Virus record (IMG/VR): IMGVR_UViG_3300027373_000174
Span: 1-48,251 of that record
Length of the DNA stretch: 48,251 nt
Strand: one strand, 5' to 3'
Source: a virus
Lineage: Duplodnaviria > Caudoviricetes
Shown here piece after piece: positions 44,258-48,251 of the stretch. The translations under genes and the position numbers were made by a program. Numbering within the stretch: position 1 is the stretch's first letter; the number at the start of each line of letters is the position of its first letter. The notes below the pieces were generated by a model. It was given only the letters and a program-made list of their open reading frames with translations. It made no database searches and had not been told where the DNA came from.

Positions 44258-45177
44258 CTGATTCAACCAACGATATTTTGCAGAAAACCGACGCACTTAA
44301 AGGGTTCTTGGCCAACTTTGAGAAAGAGTTGGGCAATGTTGACTTGCGGGCAAAGGTTTTAGCTTTAGTCCCGGTTTTTTACAAATTACGCGAAGTCGGG
44401 AAATCCATTTTGCCTGGGCAGTTCGCTGCCAGTGCTAGGGATCGGATACTGTTCTATTTTCGAAAATATCCGATGCTTGTCATTAGCGGCGACGAATTTC
44501 TTGTTGTCTCTGGCATACAAGAGTATGCCCGAAGAATACGAGAACTACGCGTAGAGCATGGATGGCAAATAATAAGCGGTGTTACCGCAAACGAGATGTT
44601 TAAAGAAGGGGAGCTCCCGTTGGAACAGAAAGTAATCGAAAGCATGGGAACGGATGATTATATGCTGCTGTCAGTGGTACAAGACAGAGAAGCAGCTTAC
44701 CGCTGGCATGTAGCCAATGAAATCCGCGGATCTGCCGACGGGGTCCGAGAAAAAATACTTTGTTTTTTCCGACGAAATATCGGCAAGCAAATAACCGGAG
44801 AAGAGTTGCGGTATGTAGCAAAAGACAAAACAGAGTGGGCTCGGAGAGTTCGAGAATTGCGGACTGAATTCGGTTGGCCCATTGTGTCCAAACAAACTGG
44901 CAGGCCAGAACTTCCGATAGGCGTCTATCTTTTGGAATCAGCGAGACAAAGTCCTGAACATGACAGGAAAATTCCAGATGATGTCCGTGGGGCAGTTTTG
45001 CGCCGAGATGGGTATAAATGCACTGAATGTGACTGGTCTCATAAAGAATGGAACTCGTCAGATCCAAGGCATCTAGAACTCCATCATATAAAAGAGCATG
45101 TCAAAGGCGGTGAGAATACTGCGGAGAACCTAAAGACCTTATGCAACGTTTGTCATGATAAAATGCATAGGAAATAA
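44254..45177 (+). CDS. HNH endonuclease with tandem wHTH-like repeats, probable type II restriction enzyme
   Basis: Two ARR.RELR.E.GW repeats; CTEC...LELHH...GGEN...NL..LCNVCH; in an operon with dcm-vsr. Confidence 0.8.
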   Translation: MTDSTNDILQKTDALKGFLANFEKELGNVDLRAKVLALVPVFYKLREVGKSILPGQFAASARDRILFYFRKYPMLVISGDEFLVVSGIQEYARRIRELRVEHGWQIISGVTANEMFKEGELPLEQKVIESMGTDDYMLLSVVQDREAAYRWHVANEIRGSADGVREKILCFFRRNIGKQITGEELRYVAKDKTEWARRVRELRTEFGWPIVSKQTGRPELPIGVYLLESARQSPEHDRKIPDDVRGAVLRRDGYKCTECDWSHKEWNSSDPRHLELHHIKEHVKGGENTAENLKTLCNVCHDKMHRK

Positions 45178-45444
45178 GTAGGGGTGGTATCTCACCTTCT
45201 ATTTCGGTTCCGCAAGCCCACTATCGGCGGGGTTTATTTTCAGAATCTATCTACATCAGATGCCTTGGCTTGCGTTAACATCACGCGGCAATTGTGTGCC
45301 AAGAAAAACTTCAATTTGTCCAGGGAACACTGTATCCCGCCGATTCTTGGCCGAGATGATGTGTTTGTCGTTGGCATGAGAGACAACCGGCAATTGATAC
45401 GCAATAACGCATAATGCCCCCTTCCCCCGCCTTCAGACTAATTT

Positions 45445-45474
45445 TTGACTTCAATGACCACCTAGCAGTAGAAT
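45445..45474 (+). promoter_or_regulatory. sigma70 promoter
   Basis: TTGACT-18 bp-TAGAAT upstream of 45509. Confidence 0.55.
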
Positions 45475-45508
45475 CTATATAGGCGCTTCCGCGCTAAGGG
45501 GGTATGAC

Positions 45509-46606
45509 ATGTCCAAGCAACGCTCGACCGGTTTCGACACTTTTATAAGCCTCGCAGACTCCGAACTTCTTCGCAAATACCTTCAAAAGGTAAAGGCCCT
45601 TCCAGAGGGCGATAACAGTCCCATAACGATAGAATCCATTCACAAGATTCTCTCTGATATGGAAGACCGAACCAAAGCCATTGATATTGAAGACGATATT
45701 CTGTGCTTTCAGGAGATTGCCGAAAGAGGCGTCTACGACCTCCACGCAATCGCAAGACACTACAAAATTGAGGTAAAATCTGACGAGGCTCCTCAGAATA
45801 TTGCCCTCAAGGTGTTCCTGCACCAGGACCAGAATGCCTTCGATACGCTTTATGATTCCTATGTTTGCAAAACCTGCTACGCCAAGCTTACATACTACCC
45901 CGTAAAAGCTGAAACAGTGGATTGTGGCGCGGAGGCATTCGAAGCTTTCAAGCAAGAGATTTCGGAAACCATAAAAGAGCAAAAGCCAGACGAATGTCTT
46001 ATCCGGCATCACGACTACAAGGGCGGGCAGTATATATTGATAACCCGGCAAGACAAAGCACATTCCTACCGCACCTTGGAAGGCAAACGCGTTAGGCCTA
46101 GGCTTTATCGCCCAGCGAAAGAAGATGCCATATATTACGACCAAAAGCGCGGGGTGATTGGCGTAAGCTCCGGCTTTCGGGGCTCGGCAACTAAAAAGCT
46201 GTGTGTCCGGGCATTCGCAAAAGCAGTATTAAAGTTGCCGACTGTCGATGAAAAGGTTTTTTCCAGTGAAAATGGCCTAATGGCTTTGGCACCATTAAAA
46301 ACCTCAGCGTTTTATGAACCGACAAAACAAGTTGCCAAGATAGAACTGATTTGCGCGGAATATTCTCATAAAGGCACTGCGGATATCTGCATATCCTCGG
46401 AAGATGTCCGCGCTACCGTTAAGGAATTGGCATTCCCTGAAACAGACTGTGAGTTCGTTTCCGCGAAAGTGCGTTTTTCCATAACTGGGCAATCACGGAC
46501 GCAAACTGTTCATATCAACAAAAAAGGTTTTACTGCCCTAAAGAATCATGCGGCACGGGAAATAATCGAGGCATATCTGCGTGAACAAAAAGTTGTCCTT
46601 TTCTGA
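45509..46606 (+). CDS. Hypothetical protein (YRPxxxDxxxYD motif)
   Basis: 365 aa, AAGGGGG RBS, overlaps the next gene. Confidence 0.75.
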   Translation: MSKQRSTGFDTFISLADSELLRKYLQKVKALPEGDNSPITIESIHKILSDMEDRTKAIDIEDDILCFQEIAERGVYDLHAIARHYKIEVKSDEAPQNIALKVFLHQDQNAFDTLYDSYVCKTCYAKLTYYPVKAETVDCGAEAFEAFKQEISETIKEQKPDECLIRHHDYKGGQYILITRQDKAHSYRTLEGKRVRPRLYRPAKEDAIYYDQKRGVIGVSSGFRGSATKKLCVRAFAKAVLKLPTVDEKVFSSENGLMALAPLKTSAFYEPTKQVAKIELICAEYSHKGTADICISSEDVRATVKELAFPETDCEFVSAKVRFSITGQSRTQTVHINKKGFTALKNHAAREIIEAYLREQKVVLF

Positions 46607-47765
46607 CAAATTGCTCCAATTCGTGCTATTGGAACTGGAAAAAGCGCCTGCCAGGCTGTTCTCCCGGCACGAGTTGGAGTGCTGTGACGCCTCCGCTTTC
46701 CCTCGGCTAACAGACGCCGGACTATTAAAAAGAGCTCCATACTCTGACCCGGAAGGCCGCATGGGCTTCAATTCTGAGGGTGTGCCATGCCGTGTGCGGA
46801 AAATTGGCACTGAATGGAACCTCGTGCCAACAACTGGCGATTTGGACGAGATGGAGCCTGTCTCCACATCTGTATTGGAACTATGGCGATTTAATCTCCC
46901 GGGATTTGTTCAGATAATCAAGCAGGCAAATAGCCTTTCTTTGCCCGTATCTGAAATTACTGACAGGCTGCATTACATAGGGGAATTCAAAACGGGAGAC
47001 GCCAATATTGCAGTTTGCCTCGGATTATTTTCTTCAGACACACACATTGAACGACATGCCGGACTGAAGATGGAGCTGGCATGCGACAAAGCCCTCCTGC
47101 TCACGCCTTCATACGAAATACAGGTACCCAAATTACGCGCTGACTTTGAGCGGAATGGAATTTTTTGCCGTACATTTGCAATGGCGATGCGTACCAACGA
47201 CCTTGCCATTGATTTCAGCGATCTTCGCGCTCCTGCCCCCATGCCGGAAACCAAGTTCGTAGTACCCCCTCTTACCACTGCGGAGCAAAAGTACCGCAAG
47301 ACATATCATCGTCGTGACACAATCAAATTTACCGACAAGAAGGATGGTGCACGAGCATATATTATAGAAGTCAATGGGGGCGAGACTTCTCTCAATTATC
47401 CAGAATTGCTTGTCCTTATCCGCCTCGCAAGCCAAAGCAAACAGGGGACATTGGAGGGGTGGGTGCCGGTGAAAGAAATGGCAGAGGCCGGGATTGTTAA
47501 TTCGGAAGACAAAAAAGCCGTGGGCCGTGCAGTCTCTGTTATACTTGCGGCAATGAAGCCGTATCTGGAAAAAAGCAGCGTGCCTATCATTGAGAACCAA
47601 AGGCGTGCGGGGAAATACCGTCTTTCCACAGTGCCTACTCGCATAAAAACGCCAGACACGCGCTGGCTGGGAAATATGTCTGCGAAGATTCTGAAAGAAG
47701 TAGTAGCGGAACGTTCCAAACGGATTCAACGAATATCGAATGCGCGGGCAAAGTCTAGACCATAG
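46581..47765 (+). CDS. Hypothetical protein with C-terminal OmpR-like winged helix
   Basis: LNYPELLVLIRLA...IIENQRRAGKYRL; GTG start; stop codon abuts the stop of the opposite ORF. Confidence 0.7.
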   Translation: MNKKLSFSDKLLQFVLLELEKAPARLFSRHELECCDASAFPRLTDAGLLKRAPYSDPEGRMGFNSEGVPCRVRKIGTEWNLVPTTGDLDEMEPVSTSVLELWRFNLPGFVQIIKQANSLSLPVSEITDRLHYIGEFKTGDANIAVCLGLFSSDTHIERHAGLKMELACDKALLLTPSYEIQVPKLRADFERNGIFCRTFAMAMRTNDLAIDFSDLRAPAPMPETKFVVPPLTTAEQKYRKTYHRRDTIKFTDKKDGARAYIIEVNGGETSLNYPELLVLIRLASQSKQGTLEGWVPVKEMAEAGIVNSEDKKAVGRAVSVILAAMKPYLEKSSVPIIENQRRAGKYRLSTVPTRIKTPDTRWLGNMSAKILKEVVAERSKRIQRISNARAKSRP

Positions 47766-48176
47766 CTATTGGAGTCCCCCCATCCCAAGAGTCTTTGTTC
47801 GTCCGGCCATACGCAATAATTCCTTGCCAGAAAACCTTTTCAACTCCTCCCGTTCATTGCATACCGCCATATGGGCTACAAATTCTGGTGGCATAGCTTT
47901 CAAAATTCTCAACAACTGAGAAATACGGGCTTTCGTAATGCCGAACTCCTCTGCAGCGTGGCGATAGCTTCGGCTTGGGTCTGAGAACAGGAAATCCTGG
48001 ACTTTCAACGCCTCTGCCACGATATTCTTGGGCATTGGCTGGACATGTGGTGCTTTCGGCGGCAATGGCTCGCCTAAAACGATTCTGGGCCCTCTGGTGC
48101 GATATCGGTACATATCGACGAGAAGTTGGGCAAATTCTGGATTATGTTTCCTGTCGCGGCAGGGGAGCCACCCTTT
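47766..48176 (-). CDS. Stranded C-terminal HTH domain of the integrase, joined on excision
   Basis: Same reading frame through the att core (KGWLP); SYRHAAEEFGITKARISQLLRIL HTH. The track's ATG (48200) lies outside the att and lacks a clear SD. Confidence 0.75.
   Translation of the reverse strand, partial: KGWLPCRDRKHNPEFAQLLVDMYRYRTRGPRIVLGEPLPPKAPHVQPMPKNIVAEALKVQDFLFSDPSRSYRHAAEEFGITKARISQLLRILKAMPPEFVAHMAVCNEREELKRFSGKELLRMAGRTKTLGMGGLQ
48162..48176. repeat. Right att core (15-bp direct repeat)
   Basis: Identical to 9660-9674. Confidence 0.85.
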
Positions 48177-48192
48177 TCTAAAGATAGAACTT

Positions 48193-48223
48193 CTGCCCAT
48201 TTAGCGTCCGGCGCTATGGGCAG
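48193..48223 (+). terminator. Hairpin in the flank just outside the right att
   Basis: CTGCCCA-TT-TAGCG-TCCGG-CGCTA-TGGGCAG followed by AT-rich sequence. Confidence 0.4.
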
Positions 48224-48251
48224 TACGTATTTTATGTACCCCCCCCCCCCC

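Larger units (their letters stand above)
9660..48176. mobile_element. Integrated siphovirus-like prophage; predicted excised circle 38,502 bp
   Basis: Flanking 15-bp repeats, an integrase at one end, and complete replication, packaging, head, tail and lysis modules. Confidence 0.88.

Noticed and set aside
45184-45414. 76-aa ORF after the HNH gene
   Set aside because: No recognisable motif; probably intergenic or decayed DNA.
47766-48200. 144-aa ORF as an ordinary stand-alone gene starting at ATG 48200
   Set aside because: The ATG lies outside the att core, inside a flank hairpin, with an in-frame stop just upstream and no clear SD. It is better explained as the integrase extension, though low-level independent translation is not excluded.
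48239-48251. Poly-C tract as a phase-variation site
   Set aside because: It runs off the window end and may be a contig-end or sequencing artefact; no context available.

Overview
Most of the window is one apparently intact ~38.5-kb HK97/lambda-like siphoviral prophage (9660-48176), bounded by a perfect 15-bp direct repeat GGGGAGCCACCCTTT. Positions 1-9600 are an AT-rich defence island: an IS-interrupted hsdS, hsdR, DUF4268, an Hna-like helicase-nuclease, an Mrr-like nuclease and an HEXXH protein. The prophage carries a large serine recombinase, its own sigma-70/ECF-like factor with no recognisable CI/Cro, a replication module (SNF2, VRR-NUC, SSB-like, prim-pol/D5, iteron origin), packaging, head, tail and lysis genes, and several defence-like cargo blocks (DUF2971 + PD-(D/E)XK, a split wHTH + TIR/NDT-like pair, Dcm-Vsr-HNH). 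The main observation is that the att core lies in-frame inside the 3' end of the integrase gene (codons KGWLP). The integrated prophage therefore encodes a short integrase ending ...KGWLPD*, while excision would fuse it in frame to a 131-aa HTH-bearing domain stranded at the other prophage end. Three copies of a ~33-bp motif, probably promoters for the phage sigma, link the integrase, a small RDF candidate and the replication operon. The sigma RBS is hairpin-occluded, and a ~72-nt antisense sRNA with its own promoter and terminator sits inside the tail operon. Family assignments come from motif recognition only; no searches were run.
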